A stretch of DNA of 64,000 bases from a bacterium (GTDB lineage: Bacteria > Patescibacteriota > Saccharimonadia > Saccharimonadales > AWTP1-31): NCBI GenBank assembly GCA_030426125.1, contig JAUHZB010000001.1, forward strand, positions 94,583 to 158,582, given 5' to 3'. Of this stretch, positions 38,853-48,197 are shown in pieces. The notes beneath the pieces were generated by a model that saw only the letters and a program-made list of their open reading frames with translations, made no database searches and was not told the origin of the DNA. A program made the translations under genes and the position numbers. The number at the start of each line of letters is the position of its first letter. The stretch's first letter is position 1.

Positions 38853-40286
38853 TTAGGATTCAAATATTCCATCAACAACAGTTCTTAGTGTTTTAAACAG
38901 AATGGTGACGTCAAGCCAGAAGCTCCAGTTTTGTACATAGTAAGTGTCTAAGCGACGACGCTCTTCAAAGCTAATATTACGCCTTCCAGATATCTGAGCT
39001 AGTCCGGTTAAGCCAGATTTTACACTTAAAATGGTATGTTTTTTATCGTAGGCGTCTAATTCGCTAGGCACCAAGGCTCTTGGGCCAACAAGACTGAGAT
39101 CGCCTTTAAAAACGTTAAATAACTGTGGCAGTTCATCTAGGCTAGTTCTTCTAATAAACTTACCGACAGTCGTAACCCGAAAGTCATCTTCCAGTTTATC
39201 GCCATTTTTCCGATATTCTTCTAGTAGTTCTGGCTTGCCGATCATCTTAAAGACTTCTTCATCAGTTTTGCCATCGAACTTAGCGTAGTGTGATCGAAAT
39301 TTATATACTTTAATTACTTGATTAAATCTAGTCAGTCTTTTTTGAGCGTTTCCTTTCATTAGAATCGGACCTTTCCGGTCGCCAAGTTTAACAGCAATGG
39401 CTGTTAGCAACATTAGGGGGCTAAAGATAACTATTAAGATTATCGAAGAAAATATGTCAAAAATTCTTTTAGCGATTCGGCCCCAACCAATTAATGCTGT
39501 TTGGTGAACCGCAATAACTGGTATTGAGCCACTAAATAAATCTACTTCAATATTACCGACGAATAGATCGCTATTTCCCGGTACAAAGCGGTATGCCGCG
39601 TGATTGGTTTGAGCAAAGCGTAGGACTTGATCGTTTTTATGCCTATCTTTGTATAGCTCTGTTTGGATAATGCTTTGAATAGGGTGGCCAATTTTCTGCA
39701 ACGCTGTTTTGAAGTCTTTGTATGTTTTGTAATCTTTGGTGTTAGAGCCAACAATACCTAGTACTCTCTGACCGCTAATTTTACTGTCTTTGATTCCATC
39801 AGCAATTTCTATAGATCTTTTAGTGTCTCCAACAATTAGAACATTACTAACTCCAATTCCGTAGGAATAAAGGAATGTCTTAATTTTTCTAGCTAAGGTT
39901 CGGAACAGGAGCAGGAAAACAAAACCCAATATAAATCCATAAACTGGGACAAGGCGGGCAGGGAATAAACTACCATCGGTAACAAAGTCATAGCCAATTA
40001 CCACTAATATTCCCAGGAAGCTACCAATTATTAAGCGACCTAGTTCTTTGAAGCGTTTGTCATAAATTTTCTGAGAGTAGAGATCGATCAGGGCATGCAC
40101 TCCAATCCAGAGTGGTAGAACACTAAACATAGCAATGAAGTAATCTTTGGCAGCTATTGGTTCGATTAATGAACGGGTGTCTACTTTAACGCGTAGAATG
40201 TAGGCTAGACTAAAAGCAAGAAGTAAGGTTAAAAAGTCGCCGATAACTAAAATTACAGCGTAACCTATGGCGGCGTTATTTTTCAT
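38853..40286 (-). CDS. Polyprenyl-phosphate hexose-1-phosphate transferase (WbaP/CpsE-type initiating sugar transferase)
   Basis: Four or five N-terminal TM segments and a C-terminal Bac_transf core: KRIFDIFSS…DELPQLFNVFKGDLSLVGPRA. Confidence 0.88.
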   Translation of the reverse strand: MKNNAAIGYAVILVIGDFLTLLLAFSLAYILRVKVDTRSLIEPIAAKDYFIAMFSVLPLWIGVHALIDLYSQKIYDKRFKELGRLIIGSFLGILVVIGYDFVTDGSLFPARLVPVYGFILGFVFLLLFRTLARKIKTFLYSYGIGVSNVLIVGDTKRSIEIADGIKDSKISGQRVLGIVGSNTKDYKTYKDFKTALQKIGHPIQSIIQTELYKDRHKNDQVLRFAQTNHAAYRFVPGNSDLFVGNIEVDLFSGSIPVIAVHQTALIGWGRIAKRIFDIFSSIILIVIFSPLMLLTAIAVKLGDRKGPILMKGNAQKRLTRFNQVIKVYKFRSHYAKFDGKTDEEVFKMIGKPELLEEYRKNGDKLEDDFRVTTVGKFIRRTSLDELPQLFNVFKGDLSLVGPRALVPSELDAYDKKHTILSVKSGLTGLAQISGRRNISFEERRRLDTYYVQNWSFWLDVTILFKTLRTVVDGIFES

Positions 40287-40393
40287 AACCCTATTCTAAC
40301 ACCTATTAGTCCCCAACTACTTAGATAATTCGATACTTATTAAAACATAGAAGATAGTATGTGTTACAATTTGTAGCAATCTAAGGAGGGGCT

Positions 40394-41875
40394 ATGGCAG
40401 GCTTAGATAGAGATATATTCTTTGATCCAGAATTTCGTCGAGGCGAAATGCTAACTTACGGCGATATATCCATTTACCCAGGGTTAAGTGACTTCGATAA
40501 AGGTGATGTTGACATTGCTGGCAAGTTTTCTAGAGAACTACCTCTAAATGTTCCAATGGTGAGCGCTGCGATGGATACGGTAACTACTGCTCCGATGGCA
40601 ATTGCTATGGCTAAACTGGGTGGTTTGGGGGTTATTCATGCTGCTATGGGGGTGGATGAGCAGTATAAGGAGGTGAGAGCCGTAAAATTACAGTTAAGCT
40701 CCAAGATAGAGAAACCGATAACCGTTAATGAAGATAGTACAGTTGGTGATGTGTTACAGATGTGCGATGAAAGAGGCTTTTCATTCAGGACCTTCCCGGT
40801 AGTTGATGATAATGGGGTTTTTCAAGGTTTACTAGGCCAGAAGGATTTCGATTTTGCACTTGGCCAGCATGATGCCTTGGTATCCGAGGTGATGCTGGGT
40901 GCAAAAGATGTAGTTAAGGGTAAAGTTGACACCGACAGCCAACAAGCCTTTGAGCTCATGAAGCCAGAAAAGGTGAAGACATTGCCACTTATTAATGATC
41001 AAGGCAGACCAACTGCCATGTATATGCTATCTGATGTGGTTCGAGAATTATCTGGAAATCCAGATCAATATAATCTTGATGCTGATGGTAGGCTTCGGGT
41101 TGCTGCAGCCGTTTCAACCAGCTCCTCGATGCTTGAAAGGGTAGAACGGCTTCACTCGGTGGTCGATGCAATTGTTATTGATACTGCACAGGGTGATGGC
41201 CCATATGCTCGGGCTGCCTTCGATGAGTTTAGAAGCACGTTCCCAAACATTCAACTAGTTATTGGGAATATTTCTAATGGTGATTCAGCCAAATATTTTG
41301 CTGATCGTGGTGCAGATGGTATTAAGGTGGGTCAGGGTCCTGGTTCAATATGTACAACGAGAGATGAGACAGGTATGGGTGTAACCCAAGCTACTGCAGT
41401 TTATGAATGCGAGAAAGCGGTACGGGGTTCAGGTATTCCTATATGTGCCGACGGGGGAATTGTAAAGCCTGGGGATGTCTCAAAAGCTATTGCTCTAGGG
41501 GCGTCTTCGGTGATGATGGGCAGAATGCTCGGTGGCTCAAAAGAGGCGCCAGGTGAGCCAGAACTGGAAAAAGACGGCCGTATGGTTAAATACTTCAGAG
41601 GTATGGGGTCAGCGGCTGCCATGCGAGATAGTGAAGCAGCCAGAACGCGGTACGGTGGTGATGATTCTAGTAATAGTCCAGTACCGGAGGGTGTAGAGAG
41701 CCGAATCCCCTACACTGGTCCAGTCCAAGATATTATCCATCATTTAGTTGGTTCGCTAAAGCGGGGTTTCAGTTATGTTGGTTCAGGAGATCTGGAAACC
41801 CATCGTACTAAGACAAAATTTGGGAAAATGACTTCAGAGGGTAGTCGAGAGTCTAGTCCTCACGATATTTACTAG
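40394..41875 (+). CDS. guaB: IMP dehydrogenase (with CBS pair)
   Basis: AAGGAGG RBS upstream. VSAAMDTVT, catalytic loop GIKVGQGPGSICTTR and GGIVKPGD. Confidence 0.93.
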   Translation: MAGLDRDIFFDPEFRRGEMLTYGDISIYPGLSDFDKGDVDIAGKFSRELPLNVPMVSAAMDTVTTAPMAIAMAKLGGLGVIHAAMGVDEQYKEVRAVKLQLSSKIEKPITVNEDSTVGDVLQMCDERGFSFRTFPVVDDNGVFQGLLGQKDFDFALGQHDALVSEVMLGAKDVVKGKVDTDSQQAFELMKPEKVKTLPLINDQGRPTAMYMLSDVVRELSGNPDQYNLDADGRLRVAAAVSTSSSMLERVERLHSVVDAIVIDTAQGDGPYARAAFDEFRSTFPNIQLVIGNISNGDSAKYFADRGADGIKVGQGPGSICTTRDETGMGVTQATAVYECEKAVRGSGIPICADGGIVKPGDVSKAIALGASSVMMGRMLGGSKEAPGEPELEKDGRMVKYFRGMGSAAAMRDSEAARTRYGGDDSSNSPVPEGVESRIPYTGPVQDIIHHLVGSLKRGFSYVGSGDLETHRTKTKFGKMTSEGSRESSPHDIY

Positions 41876-41889
41876 TCTTTTAAATTCAC

Positions 41890-43188
41890 TTATTTGTTAC
41901 GGATAATTACTTCGTCGCGACCTGGTCCAACGCCGATCATAGTGATTGGGGTCTCTGTTTCACTTTCAATAAATTCAATGTAATCTTTAGCTTTAGTTGG
42001 AAGATCGTCAAACTCTCTTATTCCAGACACGTCTTCTTCCCAAGTCGGAAGTTGTTCATATATTGGCTTCGATTGCTCAATCTTATACGCGGCATCTGGG
42101 CTGACTTCTAGAACTTTGCCTTTACGTAGGTATCCTGTACATATCAATATTTGCTCACCGAATCTAGGAACCCAGTCTAGTTTAGTTAAAGCCATTTCAG
42201 TAGTTCCATTTACCATTTGAGCTCTCTTTATTGCCGCTAGGTCTAAGTGTCCTAGTCGACGTTCACGTCCGGTAGTTGTACCAACTTCTGAATCAACATT
42301 GGTTTTTGATCCATGTAGTCTGTCTAGTAATTCTGGGTCATCTATTTCAGTAGCGAAAGGGCCACCACCAACATGGGACTGGACAGCTTTAGATACTCCA
42401 ACCACTCTATTTAGATGGTGGTAGGGCACACCAAGCCCGGTAAAAATACCGCCAGTGGTGGTTGTTGACGATGTTGTTGCTGGGTACATGCCGTGGTCTA
42501 CATCGAGTAAATAGGCTTGTGCACCTTCGGCTAGAACTGAAGCTCCATCTTTGAGCCTAGTGTTTAGGTAATACGAAGTATCGGTTGTGTACTTGGATAG
42601 CTCCAATGCTTTGGACATAAATTCAATTGCTAAATTATTTAGATTGATTGGACCAAGACCTAGTTCTGATCGTTTTTTGCTGGCATCTTCCAAGCCGGAT
42701 ACCACGGCTCTCACGAGACCATCTGGATCGTTTTCGATCGACTCCATTCGGTATCCTTGTCGCATGGCTTTATCAGCATATACGGGTGCTATACCAGATT
42801 TTGTAGTGCCCTGAGCTGAGCTAGAGCCTTCTCGTAGCTCATCTATAGATATGTGATGTGGCAGAATTAGGTGAGCGGCTGAACTAATTAGTAAATTTTC
42901 TTCAGATATTTCAATGCCTTCATTTCGAATATCTTCGATTTCTTGCACTAACTTAATAGGATCAATTACTGCACCGTTTCCAATAACATTCATTTTGTCA
43001 GGATAGGCTACACCGGATGGTATGCCGTGAAGAGCCAAGTCTCGTCCATCTGGGAGAACGACTGTATGTCCTGCGTTCGGACCACCACCGAAACGGGCCA
43101 CAATTTCATGGTCTTCGGTAAGCATGTCGGCAAATCTTCCTTTACCTTCATCTCCTCTTTGTTCTCCTAATACGGCAGTTATTGGCAT
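41890..43188 (-). CDS. purA: Adenylosuccinate synthetase
   Basis: N-terminal GEQRGDEGKG P-loop, GPNAGHT and TTGRERR (the GTTGRGRR-type motif). Confidence 0.93.
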   Translation of the reverse strand: MPITAVLGEQRGDEGKGRFADMLTEDHEIVARFGGGPNAGHTVVLPDGRDLALHGIPSGVAYPDKMNVIGNGAVIDPIKLVQEIEDIRNEGIEISEENLLISSAAHLILPHHISIDELREGSSSAQGTTKSGIAPVYADKAMRQGYRMESIENDPDGLVRAVVSGLEDASKKRSELGLGPINLNNLAIEFMSKALELSKYTTDTSYYLNTRLKDGASVLAEGAQAYLLDVDHGMYPATTSSTTTTGGIFTGLGVPYHHLNRVVGVSKAVQSHVGGGPFATEIDDPELLDRLHGSKTNVDSEVGTTTGRERRLGHLDLAAIKRAQMVNGTTEMALTKLDWVPRFGEQILICTGYLRKGKVLEVSPDAAYKIEQSKPIYEQLPTWEEDVSGIREFDDLPTKAKDYIEFIESETETPITMIGVGPGRDEVIIRNK

Positions 43189-43243
43189 GACTAGCTAATA
43201 TTAAGCTATAGGTACCCCTGAAGCAAGCTTAAGTGATTTACTT

Positions 43244-43702
43244 TTATTTTTTTCGCTTTTTTTTCTTAAGTTTGGAAGTGTTTTCCGGAAAGACCCATAG
43301 TTTGTACCAGAAATAGTTCCAGACGGTAAATAACCCAGAAGCCACAAACTGACCAATGTAAGGAGTTAAGCCGTTATTCTTTAGGAAGTTTACAATTAGA
43401 TAATCCAACCCAAAGTTAACCAGAGTTATAAAGATATAGCGGCCAGTTACTTTAGTTTTATACTTTGATAGTTGTTTGTTATTAAATACCCAGTAGCGCT
43501 GAAGAAGGTAATTTACCGTCCAGCCAATAATGTTGGCTAGGAGCTTGGCCCAGAACAGATTCAGGCCAATTAACTGGTCACAGATGAAAAAGACTATATA
43601 ACCACTCCAAAAGTAAGCCCCACCACTTACTAGGTACTCAGCAATTCTTAGCAATTCACTTTTTTTACTATTTCTACTAGCTTGTTTTTTAACCATTACC
43701 AA
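43244..43702 (-). CDS. GtrA-family small membrane protein (putative polyprenyl-phosphate-sugar translocation)
   Basis: Four-TM 152-aa protein with the GtrA-like signature WTVNYLLQRYWVF and a basic C-terminal tail. Confidence 0.75.
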   Translation of the reverse strand: MVMVKKQASRNSKKSELLRIAEYLVSGGAYFWSGYIVFFICDQLIGLNLFWAKLLANIIGWTVNYLLQRYWVFNNKQLSKYKTKVTGRYIFITLVNFGLDYLIVNFLKNNGLTPYIGQFVASGLFTVWNYFWYKLWVFPENTSKLKKKKRKK

Positions 43703-43873
43703 TTAGTATATATGAAAATACGATGTTTTTTCATTCAGTAATATTTCAGGATTAATTGACTATAGTGTTAGTAGGTATTCATTTAAAACGTAATAATTAA
43801 CGTCACGAATGGTATATTTATTTTAACAATTTAATCTGTTGATGGATGCTAATTATGCTATAATTCTCTAGAT

Positions 43874-45574
43874 ATGCCTCAATTTAGTCGTCCCAAAAAA
43901 CGTCGCACCAGTCGCTCCGTCGACGGTATGCTAACAAAAAGAACAAAAAAGATTGGCACCCCTGAATACTATAGTGGAGGAAGCCCGCTAAGTAGTTCAC
44001 CAAGACGTTCATTAGGGGCCAGGACAACTAAGCCGAAATCAGATATTGAAGCTCCAGATGAGCCAGTGACGCAAAAGAAACTTGGTGACTTTAATAGGCC
44101 AGAATCTTCACCATTTCAAAGCACTAATCAAAGAAGGAAAAAATCAGAGACTGAAGATATGTCAAAAAAAGCAAAAGGCAAGAAGTCTAAAAAAGAACCA
44201 GGCAAAATTAGGCGCTGGTGGAATAAACGAAGCCGTAGGACCAAGATTTTTATAATTATCGGGGTAATACTATTGGTCTTAGGTGGATTGTTTGGTTACC
44301 GAATATATAACTTCTTAAACTCAGTATTTGGTAGAGACGTTGGTAATAGTAGTTCAGCAGCCCTAAACGATGAAGTTCGACCGGAAGATCTAAATACCGA
44401 AGGTGATGGCCGCCTTAATGTGTTGCTTCTAGGAAGAGGCGGTGCTGAAAACGTAGCTCCAAACCTAACCGACACCATGATAATTGCTAGTGTAGACTTT
44501 AAGACCCAAAAAGCATCACTACTTAGTATCCCCAGAGATTTCTGGGTGGAAGTAAATGGTTCGGCGATGAAGATTAATGCGGCTTATGAGATGTCTCGAG
44601 AAGCGGCCCTATACGAGGGTAAGAAAGAAGAACAGGCTGAGAAGGTTGCCATTAGAACCACCATAGACACTGTTCGTGATATTGCTGGTGTTCCAATTCA
44701 TAAATACGTATTAACTGACTACAAGGCCTTTAGAGACATTGTAAATGCTCTAGGAGGAGTTGATGTTAATGTACCGGAAGATATTTATGATGGCTTTGCT
44801 GGTTGGCAATTTAAAGCTGGTGAACAAACCTTTAACGGCGAAAAAGCTCTGCAATACGCTCGGACTAGGCATGGTTCCTCTAGGGGTGACTTTGACCGTA
44901 ACGAGAACCAACGTCGACTACTACTAGCTATGCGGGCTAAGGCAACCTCCACCGGAATAATTGCTAACCCAGTAAAAATTAATAGCATTGCTAACGCCGT
45001 CCAGAAAAACATTCAAACTGATCTAACACTAGACGAAGCTAGAAAAGTTTTTGAGCGAACCAAAGATCTTACTGACAATAATATTGTTAATCTAGACCTA
45101 GCCAAGGAAAAAGATCCACTGGTAGAAACTGGCAATGCTGGAGGGTTATCGATAGTCCGCCCAGTCAAAGGACTGGTAGATTATAGCGATATTCGTAGTT
45201 ATGCTAGGCGCAATATGCGAGATCCTTATCTAATGCAGGAAAATCCAACGGTTACTATTTATAACGGTACCGGTCGAGATGGCGTAGCTCAGTTTGTCTC
45301 AGATGTAATGTCAGCCTATGGCTATAAAGTTTTAGTTAAAGAAACTGCTAAAGAGAATCAGCCAAAAACTTTGGTGTATAAAGCCAATGACCGGGAAATG
45401 CCTTTCACGGAGAGGTTCCTGTATAAGCGCTTTGGTGTAGTTTATACCAAAGACTTGCCTGGCAACGTTTTACCGAAAGTTAAAGAAGGTGAGACCACTC
45501 CACCTAAAGGAGATTTCGTGATAGTTCTAGGTTCTGACTTCGATAAGAATGGTGATAGTGGGCCAACTTGGTAG
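43874..45574 (+). CDS. LytR-CpsA-Psr (LCP) wall-glycopolymer ligase with long basic N-terminal tail and LytR_C-like C-terminus
   Basis: A single TM segment, then the LCP core: NVLLLGRGG…TDTMIIASVD…SIPRD…KINAAY…ALQYARTRH…DFDRNENQRRLL. Confidence 0.88.
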   Translation: MPQFSRPKKRRTSRSVDGMLTKRTKKIGTPEYYSGGSPLSSSPRRSLGARTTKPKSDIEAPDEPVTQKKLGDFNRPESSPFQSTNQRRKKSETEDMSKKAKGKKSKKEPGKIRRWWNKRSRRTKIFIIIGVILLVLGGLFGYRIYNFLNSVFGRDVGNSSSAALNDEVRPEDLNTEGDGRLNVLLLGRGGAENVAPNLTDTMIIASVDFKTQKASLLSIPRDFWVEVNGSAMKINAAYEMSREAALYEGKKEEQAEKVAIRTTIDTVRDIAGVPIHKYVLTDYKAFRDIVNALGGVDVNVPEDIYDGFAGWQFKAGEQTFNGEKALQYARTRHGSSRGDFDRNENQRRLLLAMRAKATSTGIIANPVKINSIANAVQKNIQTDLTLDEARKVFERTKDLTDNNIVNLDLAKEKDPLVETGNAGGLSIVRPVKGLVDYSDIRSYARRNMRDPYLMQENPTVTIYNGTGRDGVAQFVSDVMSAYGYKVLVKETAKENQPKTLVYKANDREMPFTERFLYKRFGVVYTKDLPGNVLPKVKEGETTPPKGDFVIVLGSDFDKNGDSGPTW

Positions 45575-45626
45575 TTAGCGTATAATATCAGTAGAAAACA
45601 ATAGAACTATTACTACCGGGGGTGCT

Positions 45627-46100
45627 ATGAACAAAGATACCAAAGAGAAGCCAAAAAAAGACAGTGTTCGGCCAACCAAGAAACAAAAAGCACTGCTAGA
45701 TTTCATAGCCACCTTTATTGCCGAGCATGGCTATAGTCCTAGTTACCGTGAAATAATGAAAAGTTTAAACTATACTTCGGTTTCGACTGTGGCCCTTCAC
45801 GTTTCTAATCTAATCAAACGAGGTCACCTGGTAAAACGTGATTACTCAGCTCGATCGCTCGAAGTAGTAAATCAAAAAGATGACGACATTACTGTCAGTG
45901 GACCAGTTAGCGCAGCTGAGGAAAAATGGTTGGTTAAGAATATAGACAACCGCTTTAAGCAAGTTGAAGACTCAGCTAAAGCTGATCAGTCTGAGGTTGA
46001 TGATCTTTATGTGTTGGTTGGAGCTCTGAAAGTCCTAGGGTTAGAAGGTGCCGCTCATTCTTTCATTGCTAGGCTTTCTAAGTTGAAGGTAGTTAAATAA
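45627..46100 (+). CDS. LexA-type winged-helix DNA-binding protein lacking the S24 peptidase domain
   Basis: TKKQKALLDFIATFIAEHGYSPSYREIMKSLNYTSVSTVALHVSNLIKRGHLVKRD matches the LexA N-terminal domain. The C-terminal 80 aa have no Ser-Lys dyad motifs. The stop overlaps the uppP start (TAATG). Confidence 0.7.
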   Translation: MNKDTKEKPKKDSVRPTKKQKALLDFIATFIAEHGYSPSYREIMKSLNYTSVSTVALHVSNLIKRGHLVKRDYSARSLEVVNQKDDDITVSGPVSAAEEKWLVKNIDNRFKQVEDSAKADQSEVDDLYVLVGALKVLGLEGAAHSFIARLSKLKVVK

Positions 46101-46909
46101 TGGTAGAAATTCTTCAGGCTATAATACTGGGAATAATTGAAGGATTAACCGAGTTTTTACCGATATCTAGTACCGGACATTTGTATCTTAGTGGCCGTTT
46201 AATGGGCTATAAAGACACCGCTTCGATATTTACGGTTGTGATTCAATTTGGCGCAATACTAGCCGTTGTTTGGTTTTATCGGGCGGATTTACTAGCAAAG
46301 GTTCAGGGGCTATTTACCGCTGATAAAAAAATAGCCAAGTTTTGGATAAATTGGATTGTCGCTACCATTCCCGCTGGGATTGTTGGCCTACTTCTAGTGA
46401 ATAGCTTGGATCAATTTAATTCTAACCTTATTATTGCTAGCTCGCTTATTCTGGGAGGACTAGCGATGCTAGCTATAGAGACCTATCACAAAGCACCAAA
46501 AGCTAAGCAACAACCACAACTAGATAAATTAACTATCAGGCAATCTTTAGCCATCGGATTGTATCAGGTTATAGCTATCATACCGGGTGTTTCAAGGTCA
46601 GGAGCGACTATCATGGGAGGGTTGCTAAGTGGGTTGGATCGGGTTACGGCTACAAGTTTTTCGTTTTATTTAAGTATCCCAGTCATAGTGCTAGCTAGTG
46701 GCTATCAGTTGATCGATGGTCGCGACCAGTTATCTACTGTAGCTGGCGGAGGGCTGGCACTGCTACTAGGTACAATTGCGGCTTTCTTTACGGCGCTGTT
46801 AGCTGTTGGTTGGTTGCTTAGATATATTTCCAACAACGATTTCAAGCCTTTTGCTTATTACCGAATTGTTCTGGGACTAGTCATTTTTATAGCCATTGCA
46901 GTTGGCTAA
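46100..46909 (+). CDS. uppP: Undecaprenyl-diphosphatase
   Basis: EGLTEFLPISSTGH N-terminal signature and PGVSRSGATI motif, with 8 TM segments. Confidence 0.92.
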   Translation: MVEILQAIILGIIEGLTEFLPISSTGHLYLSGRLMGYKDTASIFTVVIQFGAILAVVWFYRADLLAKVQGLFTADKKIAKFWINWIVATIPAGIVGLLLVNSLDQFNSNLIIASSLILGGLAMLAIETYHKAPKAKQQPQLDKLTIRQSLAIGLYQVIAIIPGVSRSGATIMGGLLSGLDRVTATSFSFYLSIPVIVLASGYQLIDGRDQLSTVAGGGLALLLGTIAAFFTALLAVGWLLRYISNNDFKPFAYYRIVLGLVIFIAIAVG

Positions 46910-46932
46910 GAAATTAAAGTAATAAACCAAGA

Positions 46933-47967
46933 CTAATCTTTTTCAGTTAACCAGCTTAGTAGGCTTGAAGATTTAACGGCTCCTGATATATCTTTAGCTT
47001 TAGCTCTAAGGAAAGCTTCTAGTTGATCTCTAGAACGTAGCTGGTAGGCATGGATTCCCGAAAGATTCTGGTACTCATCGGCGGCCCAGATGCCAATATC
47101 TAAACAATCTTCCTCACTTTTTACGTCGGTTAGTTCACCAACTGTAGAGCTGTAGCTATGATCATCGTCTAGATAACAGGCTACTGGCAGTGTGAGATTT
47201 CTAGGGTTGGCTAATAGTCTTGCAGTTCCGCTATGGATTGGGGTTTGGCATTCAACTATTGTATTGCGGTAGCTTTTTCGAATATTTGTTGCTCCGCCAG
47301 TGGCTAGAGCTAATATTTTTCCACCTTGGTTCAAATGGTTCCACATCTGGGTTAATGATCGTCTATTGAACTCATCGCGTAACTGGGTGGCAAATTTATC
47401 TCCAGAACGGCTATGTGGCAAAGTGAAGACGGTATGACCGATCATTTTAGCTAGCTCAGGCACTGGTGAGCCTAGGAAGTCGTACCAGGCTAGAGACTTG
47501 GCGAAAATCTCGAAGCGATCATTAGGCTGGTCATAGTCATACTTCATTTTTAATCCCATGCCTAGTTGACCCAAGGGAAGCGCTAAGTCGTGGACTTGAG
47601 CGTGGGTTGGTATTCCAATAGCAACATTGTATCCCTCACGGAGAGCATCAAAAACATCGTCTATTTGTTGTTCGTTTCTTTGCAGATAGCTATCAGATTG
47701 TTCAGAAATCCCAGGAGATAATAGATCTCCAAATTCAACTACTTCTGCTATTGGTTTGCCTTCAGCTGGCACCATTTGGCAGTCTACATCTTGCAAGGGG
47801 TACTGCACTGTATCGGTGCTAAGACCACCAAATAATTTTTCTGGTCCAGTATGTTTATCTGCTGCCTTCTCACAGCTGTCATACATTTTTTCAGTTTCTA
47901 CTGGGTAGAGTTCAGCTAGACTTACCTCAGGGGTAGTTGATGGATTTACTGTTTGCATATGGTGCAA
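46933..47967 (-). CDS. Hypothetical protein with HX4D acyltransferase-like motif
   Basis: GIPTHAQVHDLALP contains HAQVHD (47587-47604). A later ALATGGATNIRKS and TLPVACYL loosely mirror PlsC-family blocks III/IV. The track start is a TTG at 47967; the ATG at 47958 (MQTVNPS) is more likely. Confidence 0.45.
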   Translation of the reverse strand: MHHMQTVNPSTTPEVSLAELYPVETEKMYDSCEKAADKHTGPEKLFGGLSTDTVQYPLQDVDCQMVPAEGKPIAEVVEFGDLLSPGISEQSDSYLQRNEQQIDDVFDALREGYNVAIGIPTHAQVHDLALPLGQLGMGLKMKYDYDQPNDRFEIFAKSLAWYDFLGSPVPELAKMIGHTVFTLPHSRSGDKFATQLRDEFNRRSLTQMWNHLNQGGKILALATGGATNIRKSYRNTIVECQTPIHSGTARLLANPRNLTLPVACYLDDDHSYSSTVGELTDVKSEEDCLDIGIWAADEYQNLSGIHAYQLRSRDQLEAFLRAKAKDISGAVKSSSLLSWLTEKD

Positions 47968-48197
47968 ATTCTACAGCGCAATTGCTATATATACAAAAGC
48001 TTTTTGGTGTAAAATATTATTACTTAACAATCGCAATAGTGGAATCACGTGAGAATCGTGGGCTGTGCCGCAACTGTATGGGTAGGCTAGAAACTTGGTT
48101 TTTAGCACCACCTGAGCCAGACACACTACTAAAGACTTCCGAGCAGAAGCAAGCTTATTAGTGGCCCTCTTGCTCGGTTCGTCAGCAACGAGGGAAC

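Noticed and set aside
45627-46100. Annotating the gene as the SOS repressor lexA.
   Set aside because: Only the N-terminal DNA-binding domain is present. No S24 peptidase motifs are visible, and the gene context is lcp and uppP.
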